Assembly: GCA_030141605.1 (NCBI GenBank)
Contig: JAQGDQ010000601.1
Span: 67,536 to 131,535, forward strand
Length of the DNA stretch: 64,000 nucleotides
Reading direction: 5' to 3'
From: Tubiluchus corallicola
Taxonomy: Eukaryota; Animalia; Priapulida
The notes below the pieces were generated by a model that made no database searches, was not told the origin of the DNA, and worked only from the letters and a program-made list of their open reading frames with translations. Shown one piece after another: positions 12,901 to 27,006 of the stretch. The first letter of the stretch is position 1; the number at the start of each line of letters is the position of its first letter. Both the position numbers and the translations under genes were made by a program.

Positions 12901-15900
12901 GTACATTAGAACAAGGAAACAGAGACTTGGCCTTCTTCTTCTTCCTTGCAAGAATGCCCACTCGGCTGTGAGGAGCACTTACTTCGTCAACGTCTAACGT
13001 TGACATTAAATTTCTGAGAATATGTGAAGTTGTCATGGTCATTCCTGTCTGATCACCTGGAAAGAAAGAAAAAAAGAATATGGCTTTTGCATTGCTTTTC
13101 TAGGAAAAGTAGGAACAGTTAATATGTATCAATTTCATACATACTAAAAATGAAAAATCTCTTCAAGTAATTTCTAAGTGCTTATGCAAGTACTGATTTA
13201 AAATAGACATTTAACAAATGCGAGCTTGCAAACCAAAATCATCCATAAGTCAGGAAAGTTAAAACTACGTTATGATGCTTCAAAGTAGAATGTACCAAAA
13301 ATCTGGTCGAATGTCAATTTGTTTTTTTTTATAAAAATAAACGCTAAATTTCTTGGACTTTAATATTCTAGAACCAAATTGTCAGGAAAATGTTTAAAAA
13401 TACAAAACATCTAATTTTACAACCCCATACTCACTTTTCTGTCTAGAAACTAGTACTGCAATTAAGAAAAATTTGCATTTTCAAACTCGGCGGTAGCTCA
13501 TGGAAGCAATCATTTTGCTTCTGGTTTTTTCTGTTGTCAAGCCCAGATCTTCGTCAGAAAGAACCAGCTACTGTATTTAAACAGCAACCAAAATTTGTGT
13601 GGTTGATAAGTGTTTCTTAGAAACGTGACAAAAAACAATGGCAAACTGTAACAGCAAATTTCTCAATGTTACGTCTTTCAGTGTGTAGCATGCACTGATC
13701 TTCACGAAATGCAGCTTCAGGATATGTGAATAACTAGAAAAGCTTAATTGCCCACATATGGGCAATTTTGGTATGCAAGTACACATTTAACAATTTTTAA
13801 AATTGTACAGAAGACAAGCTAAATGAAATCATTGAGAGATAAGTGTATGGCCAAGTTTCCATTTTCCACCAACATTGTATTAGGTCTGTGTATAACAAAC
13901 TACCACCATTAGTTTCTTGAAATGATAACTTCTACAGCTTGAAAAACATGACGAGTAAATGTTGATTCTTTTACATCACAATTAATGATTAGTTGTATTC
14001 AATCTTTCAGATTCAATTTTAAAATTACTGGTTTAGTGCAATAATCACTATTTTATATTACTAAACATTAGGGGTATATATAATTATTCAGTTTATGTTT
14101 AGTACAAATGAGTGTAAAATCTCTTGTGAATAGATCATTGACAAGACTGAAACGTATGTGGCCTGGCTACCATAATATTAATTATACATATTAAAGGAAA
14201 AGATGCCAAATTTTAAATTCATATTTCTGACAATTGATTAGCTTCAAGCCAACACCATCCTATATAATTCTGTATAACACAACATGACTAAACTCGTAAG
14301 TGAAGCAGAATGCAGTTGAATTATACTGTACAAATATCCACGCAAAGAGTACATAAAAGACAAAACAATTGTTGTAACATTTAAAAAAGCACGGAAATCC
14401 AAATCAAACTGACATTTGATTACTTTATCTATTCCAAACGAAATTTTGCACTCCAAATATAAGATTGCATCAAAATACCTGCTGCAGTATTTACATGTTC
14501 ATTAGGTTTAACGAACTCATCTTGCTTCTGTTCAGTCACCTGAATGTCTCCAGTGGCAAACAGAACGTTATCCTCTTCATTCACAGCAGGTGGCGTGTCT
14601 TCTTTGTGAACCCCCTTACGTTTTGGCTTGCGCCTTTTCGGTTTTTCTGAAGGCCAACAACAAGTAGAGAATTCTAGTGTATATACATTTACTGTATGTA
14701 AGATGAATATACAAAACGCAAACATGGGGCTTTCAGTTTTGCATCTGTTGGTAAGTATTATCTTTTAAAAAGCAGACAGGACTTCAGAACTCACACAATT
14801 ACATTGGTATTATAATTTTAAGTAGATTCTTCTACAGAGTTAACTATTTTGACAAAATGCTGCATAGTCTATGTACAACTTTACAGAAAAACAAGAAATA
14901 GAAAACTGCAAAAATAGTAAGCTAACTACAATGTTATAAAAAAATCAGGCAATTTTACACTGAACTCAGGTACTGCAAAATAATTACAGTAAGTGTTTGT
15001 TTAATTTTAAACCAGCAGCTACCTGTAGGTGGCAGAGTAAACTGTTGTTCATTTATCTGCCATGATTGCAAGCTAAAGTCTTCTCCACCACTGTAAACCA
15101 GATCTTTAACAGTTGGACTCCATGCGACACAGAGCAGTTTGTCAGTGTGACCTCGATAATTAGCTATAGGCACCCCAGTAATTGCATTCCACACCTAAAA
15201 GTAAAAATTAAATATATGTATTGTACAATACAGTCAAGATTCTGTACATTTGTTAAAGTTAAAAAGACAACTTTTCAGTCACAGCCTTACATTTGAGCAT
15301 TTTAATATAATTTTCTGCTAACAGACAAAATCGGTTACAAAAATTTTATGCACTAACATATCACTTTTTGCAAGTACGAAGCACACACTGTTATTTAAAT
15401 CAGTACAAACATTCAAGGTCACCTTATTTCATCAGAAAGTACAAAGTTCCCCTTGAATCAATGAGAGTCAGAACTTTCACAAGTCTATGTCCTTTAGTGA
15501 AACAAGTGTAAAAACGTTTCATCCTACTAATAGACATTTTTGCTCGCAACATATTCTATTCCAAGTAAGATGCTGAGAATCAAATTCAGGAGATAAAAGA
15601 CTTTAGTAACAAAAAATCTCATTATTTAATAAAGCATAGATACTTAATACATACACACACGCACACGCACACCCACACACACACACACACACTCACATAC
15701 ACAGACACACACACACACACACACACTCACATACACAGACACACACGCACACACACAGACACACACACACACAGACACACATACTGAGATTTCAAAATTA
15801 CAGCCAAAGTCTGCTTTGAGATATTAGACAAATAGAGAAAACTAATGGACAGTATATACAAAATTAAGGTAAACCATTCATTATGTTACCATTTTAATAT

Positions 15901-18900
15901 TCACAAATTTCATACTTCTTTTTATGCTGTATAATTTACTTATACAGTGGTGACATATAAGCCTTAGTGCGTCATAATGATATTTTCTTTTTTATTACAG
16001 GTGAAATACTAGTCTGTTAAGGTTCAAATTTGAACACCTATTTAATACAGTTTTAGTTATTATTTGTATCTGTGTATTTAACAGGTGAGACCAAAATGAA
16101 GTTTACCTTTCTGTATATCTTTATCTAGCAAGATGTTGTTTTTCCTTAAAAGTTAAAACTACATTATTGAAAATAATTTCTTCAAACTAAGAAACTATCA
16201 CACTTTGATAGCATCTAAATTTTGAAAATTATGCATATATTATTCTCATCAATAAGTTTCATCCATTTTGTCATTTTTGTGTTTTCTTTCTTTAAAGTAT
16301 CTTTTTCGTGTTCATTCATGCCACTTATTAAATGAACACTGCATAACTTTTATTATAGTGTTGACCTGATGTGTCTTCATGTGCTGATGATTTATAAATC
16401 TTGTATGTTACATATTGTTCTGTATGAACATGTACACATTGCCATTGTATATAATAAATCTAATCTAATCTAATCTAATCTAATCTAATCTAATCAAAAC
16501 TTCAGAACTAGAAAAATGTTTACTACACTACTAACTTTTCGACTATTCAACTGCAACTACGTCCAGTACCTGAGCAGTGTGGTCAAATGATACGGAAGCT
16601 AGAAGTTCTTCGCACAGTGGACTCCAACTTAAAGAGGTTATTCTATTCTTGTGCCCCACTAGCTGAGTGTGGTTTTCGGTGACTAGTACTGGGCCTTCCA
16701 CATGTGAACAGTTTTCCAAATTACCTATAAACAAAGAACATTACAAACAGAATATTATCATACAGCTGCAAAGATCCCTTAATTGATTAACTGATTAATA
16801 AACTGAAGAAAAAATAAAAGTCGCTGTAATTTCAAACAAATGCAAACAAAACTCACTTCTTTTTGGACTGCCATCAAAAACTTCCGTGGCCGGCAAAACA
16901 TACAATAATTGGCTAAGAATAAGACAGCACTTCAATAATACAGAACTTAAAACTAAATTTCTTGTTGGCTTCTGTGCAGATCGATAAACTTTATCCATCT
17001 CCTTACACACACTTTGCAATAAACAGTGCTGTTTTTCTAGTAATGTTTACTTATACTGTTGTAATAATAGCATCATAATACACAAATTAAGAAAAATTAA
17101 ATTTATATATATATAAATAAAATTTTTCTTATATATATATATATATAAAAGGTATTATGCTGAACACATAATAGCATCATCGTCTGTACCAGCTACACAT
17201 TGAACGCAACAAAAAAAGGAAAAACCTGCATTATCCAACATTTACGTGCAATACAATCCATGTAAGGTCTTACTATTTCTGAGACATTTTACATATGAAA
17301 ATTGTGTAGAGGGCAGCATGGGTGAATTAGGTCTCATGAATCATACAGGGTTAATTTCATTAACAACTTACCTAATACAGACGCCAGGTTGTAAACAATG
17401 ACATCGTGTTCACAAGCCCCCGACGCCATGAAACAGGAATACTGTGACACGGCCATCGAGCACTGGGAAAATTCTGGATGCCAGGCGATGCAGTTGATCA
17501 GTTTCCGGTGACCTTGAACAGTGCACAGATGCTTCAAAGTGCAGGCTTGGTAGATATCAATGGAGCTGAAAAATAATGTAATGTAAACATTCGACAATGG
17601 GACATTAGCACGTGACAACAACAACGAATTAGAAAATTAGGATATTTTTCATTCTTCTGCTTCAATTATTATGCTTATCAAATTAAATTATTAAACGTTA
17701 ACATTTAGTTAATAAGACGCACGTCGTGCATTTACACCATACCACAAGCTACAAGTTTACAGCAGTGGTGCAGCAGGTCAGTATCGGGATACAATATGTG
17801 GCGGGATTTCACTTAGCTGAATGCAAGCTGGCTACCAAGATTTAGCTATTGATTCTTGGCGGATTTGAGCTGATGTGTAGCTAGACATACCTACAATGCA
17901 TTGCAACATCAACCATTGCATAAGCTCATTACTAAACATGATATGCATCAGTATTTTTCTTAGCACTTGCACAACTGTCGCAAGGCTTCTTTCTTTAACT
18001 CGTTCATTGCGCTGTAAGATGGAATCCACATACCCTATAGTACAGCCTACTCAATGTAGATGGTTATGGTAAGATAGGAACCCAATCCCCTAAAAGGAAA
18101 AACTGAACTAAACCAGCAGTTCTCAGCCATGCATGGATGTATGTACAATCTTACAATCTCTTTCAACAATCTGCAGCAGCTAAAGAGCAAACAGCTCATG
18201 TTGTCCATCTAAATGATTGACTTCAAATAAATTATATCTGATCTTTCCTTATTTTATCTTAACAAGATAAATTCCCACGGTTAGTATGGCACAGAAAATT
18301 GTCTAGAACAGGTTTTGAACCCAGCAGTCACCAGTCCAATCAATGACAAACGCGGTGTTACTTAATTTCGGTTGCTAAGCATATATAGTACCTACTCGGC
18401 TATATATCTCTCTCCCAATGTTTTTAGTTATTTGAAACTTATTATAGCTTAGCACCTATGATAAAAAGTAAATCTTTCCAATGAACATCAATATACAACA
18501 GCAATATACTTTAAATTACATGTATTTATTATTACCGTTGCAACTTTGATAATAGTAATACAGTAGGCGCCGCTTAAAGGACTCAATCGCTTAACTGACT
18601 CAAAACCGCCTGGAAAGGGCCGCTTCTATTCAAATATACATAAATACTATCGGTAACTGACTCACATAACTCTGCATTATTAACTCAATATTTTTCCTTC
18701 ACCTACTTAAAATAAGACTTTTGTATGTGCCCAAAGAGCCTTTTCTACATTTATGTCATCTTTACTTCCCTTTTGTGCACTATATATACAGAAGCAATCA
18801 TGTTAGCCACCATTTTTTTTGCAAGCAGGTACGTTTATCATGCGCTAATACACTAGCGTAGCGGCTTTGTTTTGAATGTGTTACCCGCTTGTCCACTGTT

Positions 18901-21900
18901 ACCCAAAGAATTTCTGGATTTAGAAAAGCATACTTTTTAATTTACTGCTAATTCACTTATATAAATCAACATTTTAAAATATTTTTTCTAATTTTTAACT
19001 GCACAAAGGAATTTAGGCATTATTTTGTTTCTAATATTCATTAAAAACCTTTGCAGTGCATAGTAAACTGATGACTCATACTTCTATATCTGTAATACTA
19101 CACCCATCGGTTAATAGGTTCAGTCGGTTAATTGGGTCAAAACACGTCGGCCCCAAAGTGAGTCTATTAAGCGGTGCCTACTGTATATTCAAAAAGGCAA
19201 GAAAACGATACTACAAGTTTGATGATTTCATGTGATATTGTAATCTTTCCTAACTTAAATCCCACAAACCTGGTGCATCTTTAATCAAAAGCACATACAA
19301 TGTCAACCAAAATTACAGAGAAAAATCGCACCCATCTGCATTTCCAATTGCCATGACACTAGAATCAGGTTTCCAACAAACTTCTGTTCTCAATGGTGGT
19401 TTATGGGTCATCCTGTTAACATCGACAATCACAGCGTTTACGTCAACTGCATCCTCGTTAAGCTTACCAGGAAGATGCTGCAATACAACTCCATCACCAC
19501 AGCTGTACACACCAAACACCTGCGCATTAGCTGAAACAAGTTAATCACAGGTAACAACAAGCAAGACATCACAGCTACTGATGCAAACTGTTTGTCATTT
19601 GTCTGCCATGTTTATCATGTATATAATGTTTACCACATCATTATAGTTCTTTTTAGATATGCTAAAAGTATATGAAATAGCATTGCTTCATACTAATTTA
19701 CACTTTTAATTAAAATGCTTCAGACAACGGAGAAACTAAGCTGTAAAATTGCATGTCATTTCGTTTAAAATGTAATTTTATAAAATGAAGTTATGCCAAA
19801 ATGATCTAGAAGAGCTCATACCATTCACTCCACATTGTGGACCCCATGATAAGCTGTAGACAGTACGTTGATGATACGTTCTAGATATCATGGGTGGTTT
19901 AGAAGACATCGTGTCTTGAATCCCAACTCTCCCGTCTTCCGTAGCATATGCTAACCAACCCTCCTTTGTAGGGTGCCAAGCGACCTGTGTGTGTAACAAA
20001 GCAAAAAATCAGAAATTTTATACAACAGTCATGGGCAGAAATGTACACCAACAAGCTTTTGAAATTTTCTAATTAAAAAAACAGCAATGCAAGAGACATT
20101 GCTTGCTTAACGCAACAAAGGGAACTGTCATCTGGTGTATCCATTTTTCATTTTTTTTAAAAATTGCATTACGAGCAAATCTACTAATCTGATATTACAA
20201 CCTAAGCACCACAATTTTTACCATCTATGATGCTGCCAATTAGCATCCTGCCCTCATAAAAAGTACCTTATGTATAAATGTGGACAACTTAATTGTTTCA
20301 GAAATGATAACATAAAGCAATCTTTAACAATGTTAAAAAAGGCTTCATTCGAAACTGAATCCTCATATAAATATATGCTACTAAAGCCATAGTCTTGTAA
20401 AATGTATTTCTCCAACCATGATTAGCCAAGGCAGAAAGAGTACAATAAATGTTCAACTGCATGTACCTTCACACTCACCTCTCCCTGTATACAAAGCATC
20501 TGACTCCAAACTCTGTATAAACATTGCTTGAAAATGGCCGTTTACCAATACGATCGCCCATTCAGTATCGATTATTGGTAAAGATTATGATTAATCTGGT
20601 AATCTTTTAAAATGCCATCATTTCTAGCACAACTCAAATAAACAGACTAAAACACCAATTTTACTATACAAAGCATTTCAGGAAAACATGATAGTATACT
20701 TACTGCAGACAGCCTTGACTTTATTCCTTGCCAGAATTGCTGTATATCATAGGCATCGGCAGACATAGAAAGATTCCATACTCTCAAAACATTATCTCCA
20801 GCCCCGACTGCAAGCCGATTGGTCTGAGAAGATAATGCCAGGCAGTTCACAGCCCCACCGAGTGTAGAGATCACACATATGCTAGACAAGCTTGCCAAAC
20901 TCCACTGTATGATTTGCCTGGTAACAAAGAAAATTTTTATCAAGCGTTTCTTATAGGTATCTCGCCAATAGTTAAAGAATACTGTAAAAGTGCTGATAAA
21001 ATAGGAAAAGTTTAAATTTAATAAAAAGTCACAGCTACACAAATGATTATGAATTGAAATTAAATGTTTTAACTTCAAAGCAATACAAGATTAATTATTG
21101 AGAAATATAGAAGAGCCATTTTTCTGCAATGCAAATTTCTACCTGTCCATGGAGATGGTGAAAACTGAGTACGGTCCGGCTGAAATAATGTTAAATATGG
21201 TTCTAGAATGGACTGCTCCACAACTGCCAGCCACAAAATTCTTCCACTTTGCTTTCCCTGATTTTCCTAATTCCCAGATCAAAAGTTCTCCTCTAAAATA
21301 AAAAAGAGAATAAACTAAAGCAACCACTAGCAATATCACCATATAAAAATGTTAGCCAAAACTTTACTTTTATAAGTTAAACACTCAAAAACATTACAAT
21401 TTCCATCCACAGTTTGCACACATGTATTCTACTGGTCTGACATAACACCATTAGGTGACAAAATGTACAGAATAAGGATAGTCGACAACGACACAATATA
21501 TAGACATAGCAAAAGCAAAATGCCAACAAAGACAGATCATCTCAGTTTGTAACAAAAGCCATGACGAATCTGTTCAGAGATGTCACCATTCACGCTGTCA
21601 CCAGTTTTATTTGTGACAATATTTGTAACATTTTATTATACTATGGTTAAATCACAACAATTGCTAACTACATACGTGCTAAAGGAAGCAAACTGCATCT
21701 ACGCTAAACAATTATTTTACAAACTACTAATAATACACAGCTTGAAATTATTTCCTTACCCATGTGAACTAGACAATATTTCACCATGTCTATCTGGTAG
21801 CCAGCAAACAGTGACATACGTTCTAGTGCGTGCACTTTGATCGTCTGACCGTCCCCGTTGCCGGTTTTGAGTGGGTAACCTTAATACGGTCATCCGTTGT

Positions 21901-24671
21901 CCACTACGAACATTCCAAATAGAAACAGTACGATCGCGACATCCAGAAGCAAGTAATCCGGGTCCACCATCTGTTTCTAAAGCAACTAGAAAAACAATTT
22001 TAATTTAACTAAAAGCACACCATCATCCTTATATTAGGGATACTAATGTCAAGAAACTGAAAACGAATAACAATTATAGTGGAAAATGTGAAAAATAAAA
22101 TACTTCAGACAACTTTATTGAGTTACTCACTGAGTTAGATTCACTTTACAAGTTCTAGTGTAACACTAGTCCTAAACACGTTTACATTTCCAATTTCTGG
22201 CAGTCACCACAGTTTATACATTTTTAGCAATAAAACATGAAGTTTTACGTTTCCTTGGAAAGTAAGCGCAAAAAGAAAACCTATTAATAATTGGCTAATA
22301 TTGCCACGCAAACATTACAATTTAACAGTCAATACATGACTGGAATACTTTGCACAAAAAGCAAAAAATTTTAGCAGGAAGCCTTTAATGATAACCCAAA
22401 GAAAGAATCAACTTGTGCAACACAGTAATCTACATGATTTTCTCTGTGTAATCACCATTTACTAATAGAAACTAAAAACAAAAAACCTTTTAAAAGCACA
22501 TACATGCATGTTTAAACATCTGATGTCAAATATGTCTTGGTGAAAACTTAAAAATCTGTAATAGATTCGGAAAGCAATTAATGAGGTCCGATTTCAAGTA
22601 CAGAGTCGATTTTTTCCCAAGAAAGGTTTCACTAACGTTTTTGTTCACAGTAAAATTTTATTTACAAGTAATATGCTCATCAATTTTTTTAATAAGATTA
22701 AAACTTCCTGAAACTTTATCAGCCTGCTTACCAGATGAAAGAGTTTCACCTGACGTAGGAGACCAAGTTAAGCACTCTATTTCATCATCATGTTCTCTTA
22801 ACTTGTGTAAGACTGAGCCGCTTTTGCTGACATCATAGACAAGCACTAATCCATTTTTATACCTACACATAGAAAACCAAGTGAAAAAACTTCTAAAAAA
22901 ACATGCAATGGATAAACTAATTTTCAAAATGAATCAGTTAAAGATTTGAAACCAATTAGAAGTTAAAACAACTATGGGAAATAATTCTAAGCAGTTTGAA
23001 AAAATATGCAGATAGGAAGAGGTTAAAAAAATGCTCAAGTGGTGTCAGTAATTCTCAGTAATGGAAAAAAGGATCGTTAACTTTTGATACTTAACAAACA
23101 ATGACATCACATGACATCACATGATGTCAGTATGTTAACCTAATTTTAATTGCTACTGCATTTGGTTAATCAATTTAGCTCTTATAAATTCAATTTGATT
23201 TTAAATTTTGTTTTGGTAACTAGTACACACTGTATCAAGCAATATCACAACTACTTAAACTCGTTAACTTAGTTTATAGCATTTAGTTTTAACTATATAC
23301 AAAACAATTACATAGCAAATGGGGCACCTTCTATTACACTGACAGAGGACCACACACAGAGGAAAATAAAGACGATACATTATACCAAAAAATATGAAAA
23401 CAGACATTTGTAATGTGTGTGAGTCAATGATTTTGTTATCATTTGTCATTATACAGATCAACACATATGAAGATAAATAAATGAAATTGATAATCTTTAT
23501 TTCAGACGAAAAGCTGTTTATAAAATTTGTTTTAACATATGTCATATATATTTAATACAACATTTATAATTTACCCCACAGCTATGTATTCAGTTACATG
23601 AGGACAGATTGCCAAACAGGAAATGGAATGAGACACTGGATGAAACCACTGCAGAGCTCCAGTTTTATAATTCCACTTGTAAATATAGCCTTTATCATCA
23701 CAGGAAACAATAATATCCAAATTGAATGATGACCAACCAATTGCTGTTACTTTACCCTACAAAATAAAAAACAATGTTAACAATAAATTACAGTTCTCAT
23801 CAAAATCAACCACTGACTTACCGACCAGTCAAAGTACTGCTTAAAACTTTTCGGTTTTCTGCATAATTTCCCACTCAGTTTGTGCATTTTTTTGTGTGGC
23901 TTGTCATTCAAATAGAGCGGTTTTTGCATAGTTTTTGGCAAATTTATACAAAACTCCTTGGCTTGCATGCAAAAATGTACACAGTTTTCATTAAAGCTAT
24001 TATTCACAGCAAATCAGTGCAGTGAACTGAACAGATGGTAATTTCTACATGTAATTTGTTACATTTTATAAACTATGAACCTTCAAATAACATAAAGCAA
24101 TTAATGAGTGGGAAATCACGCAGAAAACTGCTCTATGTATAAACAACCCCCTAAAGATACGACTTCCATTAATTTGCTGTTATGTGATAACAATTTGAAA
24201 AGTAATTTTTCTGCATACAGTCATCTGTCAGACTTATACTTTATAGCATAGTTATACCATTCTCTCAAACTTGACTATTAAAATAACGTCAGCATTCTGA
24301 ATGCCTCACAGTTCCTTTAAATGTAGATTCCAAAGAAAAATAAAGATAAACGACAAGGTAACCATTACATTACGCTCACGATGAGTTTCGTGAAATTTAA
24401 CTGTTAGTTTGGTGTCTTCATCCCACACGACAACACATCCATCCTCATCACAACTGCAACCCAAGCGTGATCCTACTTCTGGCTTCCATGATACACCTGT
24501 TACTCTGCTTTGATGCGTACAAATCCAACCAGCAAAGCTTGAAGGCTTCGACTTTACATTTAAGAATACGATATTATTTCTACAGCCGAAAGCAAGGAAA
24601 CCATTCGAGTTATAATCGCATACACGACTGCAATACCAGTTCGGCGAAGGACAAAGGCCCACGCCGTTCAT
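2170..24671 (-). CDS. GEMIN5: Gem-associated protein 5 (Gemin5; WD40 snRNA-binding subunit of the SMN complex), about 23 exons
   Basis: N-terminus [14 protein letters not shown] matches the Gemin5 PSPNWYC motif. Many WD40 exons ([49 protein letters not shown]), then [27 protein letters not shown]-like exons and C-terminal FPHPVES. Approximate exons: 24671-24369, 23756-23575, 22862-22732, 21985-21760, 21292-21143, 20917-20704, 19984-19822, 19530-19333, 17565-17372, 16723-16570, 15193-15023, 14648-14479, 13455-13435, 13057-12838, 11793-11696, 10946-10659, 9521-9402, 8792-8582, 8121-7992, 7870-7617, 5958-5777, 5102-3925, 2352-2170. Confidence 0.93.
3101..3567. mobile_element. Foldback MITE with long (~135 bp) imperfect terminal inverted repeats, in the last Gemin5 intron
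   Basis: 3101-~3238 (AATTACATCAAAATGGAATTTATTGCCGACTGGTTT...) is the reverse complement of ~3431-3567 (...AAACCGGTCGGCAATAAATTCCACTTTGATGTAGTT). Confidence 0.75.
6076..6623. mobile_element. hAT-family MITE in a Gemin5 intron
   Basis: TIRs CAGTGGCGGCTC / GAACCGCCACTG; 8-bp TSD AATCAGAT / AATCACAT (1 mismatch). Confidence 0.8.
9042..9103. repeat. Perfect 62-bp AT-rich palindrome
   Basis: ATTCACAAATTAAGAAAAATTAAATTTATAT is followed directly by its exact reverse complement; the same arm recurs at ~17081. Confidence 0.9.
9884..9977. repeat. (CA)n/(CACG)n microsatellite
   Basis: Read directly from the sequence. Confidence 0.95.
10021..10460. repeat. ~126-bp tandem repeat, about 3.5 diverged copies
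   Basis: A GTAAGCATCATTTGCT-like anchor recurs at 10135, 10261 and 10387; TCACGGAGTTCGA-like motifs recur four times. Confidence 0.85.
12510..12770. mobile_element. Helentron/Helitron2-associated non-autonomous element (HINE-like)
   Basis: Starts AACTAGA..., has internal GATCCATATCAAAATATAACGGGTTCTT...AAATTTCC, and ends AAACCATAATCACCTTGGCAGAGGTGA with a small hairpin. The family call is by resemblance only. Confidence 0.5.
15651..15781. repeat. (CA)n compound microsatellite
   Basis: Read directly from the sequence. Confidence 0.95.
16457..16495. repeat. (AATCT)n pentanucleotide repeat after AATAAA, probably a retroelement 3' tail
   Basis: AATAAATCTAATCTAATCT..., about 8 copies. Confidence 0.8.
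18300..18405 (-). mobile_element. Degenerate 5S-rRNA-derived SINE head
   Basis: GCAGTCACCAGTCCAATCAATGACAAACGCGGTGTTACTTAATTTCGGT loosely resembles the reverse complement of the 5S internal control region (compare 44266-44384). Confidence 0.35.
18561..19183. mobile_element. pogo/Tigger-like MITE in a Gemin5 intron
   Basis: TIRs CAGTAGGCGCCGCTTAA / TTAAGCGGTGCCTACTG; TA target duplication; subterminal repeats. Confidence 0.85.
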
Positions 24672-27006
24672 ATTATAAAAAAGAGATGAGATTTTGTGCA
24701 GTAAATAACAGTCTGGGTTTTAAAAATCTCAAAGATGACTAAAACTAAAAAACTTTACATAGGAGTCACATGTATACGCGGCAATGACAGCAATCATAGT
24801 ATGTTTCTTTTTTTGCGCGTCTCAATGTCGACGTTGAACAGTCGAAGTTGAAATTGACAGTAGAGATGTGCATTGTCTGAAGTGATTGTGCGCATCTTAA
24901 GGGTGCAGTTTGTATGTTGATAACGCGCCCGTTCAGGCGTGCGCCCAAATATCTCGGCTGTTTTATGTGTTTCAAAATAGTAATGGTATAAGGTCTAAGT
25001 AAGTCTTCTTCTTAATTTTTCGAATAATAGAAACAAAGCGCTTTAATAGTAAAGTCCGGATGTCTCTTATATTATACAAGGAATAATCTCCATGAAGGAA
25101 AACAAGTTATCGTGCATCTGTTGAGAGCTTCGTTAATTGGCGTTATTCTCACGTTTTACAATTGAATGTAGATTTTCATCAAAAAAAGTTATTATTGACT
25201 TTTGAACTATTAAAGACCCACTGAAACTTCTTGCTATCAAAGATACCTAAAATGCAGTTGTGAACATATAAACTGCATTTCGGCTAGTTAAAGTGTAATA
25301 TTGTTTCGTGTTGTGTGCTGGGAAGCCAGGTGAGACAACGCTAGGGTTTTTTGTGTTCATGTCAGAAAAAAGTTTGTTGTAGTAAAATTTATTTAATTGT
25401 GGATGACAGTTCACATCCTGTAAAGGCTAGATTCCAAAATCAAAAGTGCAAATTTTTTTTCTAAAATAGGAAAAGGACAAGTTAGTGGGCAGTCTAGTAC
25501 ACGCAATGTTCAACACAGTGTTGCTGTACAAAGGTAAAACAAGCATGCCTACACTATTTTGTGAATGTTAATATTACAATCACGAAGCTTGTATTATTTC
25601 ATTGTGTAAGACTTAATATTACATTATATCAGTAGGCCTTTTATGCATGACAAAATGAATTTTGCTTTTCAATTCATTTGGATTTGAAGCCATGTGATTC
25701 GTCTTCACACAGCGTACGTAGTTGTAAATTGTCATAGTGTTACCAAATTTGGTGGAAGGTATAAAGTAAGGTTGAGGGTTATCTTTCTAGTTTGAGTCAT
25801 TGATTTACCAAATATTCATGTACATAACATTACTACAGTCAAACCTCTTTGACAAACCTCTACGGACCACATTTACACTGCAACAATATTGGCATTATCG
25901 TTGTTGCCGCCGTCATCATTATTGTCATCATCATCATAATCATTGTCATCATCATCATTATTATATCAGTAAATACTAAGAGTACGTACTTTTATTTCCT
26001 ACTATTAGTATAAGTAAACACTACATTTTGTCATAACCTTGAACAAATCATTGACCTATAATAATATATTTTATACAGAAAAAGCAAGTTAGTTGATTTC
26101 TATTAATTTTTTGACTCTGCACGGTTCGTTCCGTCACTTGATTTAATATTCAATGATCATAATTAAAATTAAAATTATAAATTGTTGTTAGTCCAATGAG
26201 TAATCCTATATTTTTAGAAAAATAATCTGCTAATCCGACAGACAAAGAATAGATCTACATAGTTCTGTTACACTTGGGATGAAAATAATTATTAAATTTT
26301 ATCGTTAGCAGTATGATTTTTTTGCGCTATCATGTATAGTTAACAGAGCTTCAATAGTAAATAACAATATCAACACTTACTCACTATTATGCTTATTCAC
26401 AAAACTGAATATCCATGCAGGATCATTTTTTCTGTATTGTTGATCATTAATTTCCATATTCCATAATTAATAAAATCATTTAAACATGTAAAGATAAGAT
26501 TTAATAAAGTAATAGAAAGGTTTAATTCTTTACATATGTGAGCAATGAGGTATTTTTATCTGAGAATGTGAAGCCAGCAAAAAATATCAATTTTCAGTTA
26601 TTTTCTTAAACATAAAGAACAGTATGAGCTACGGTTTGCTTTGCCTTTCATTTCATGTAATTGGTATTTTAAATGAACACAACTAACTCTTGACATAAAT
26701 GAATTACTGTATCACAAGTAATTTATACAACATATCATATAAGCTTTTTTTACTCTAACCTAATTAAGTTCATAACAGTTGTATTCTTATACCTCTATGA
26801 CTTTTTGCTATGTATTTCCTTAAAATATTAATTGTAAAACATTTAACAACATTAACAACTACCGTCCATGTGCATACAAACTACCTGGAATCATTTCTCC
26901 TCACACTTCCTTCACATTTGTGGTCACCGGGAACCTTATAAATCTGACGACTAATAGATCACACAGACAACAAACAGTAAACTAAGCTCCATATAGCTTA
27001 GCAGAA

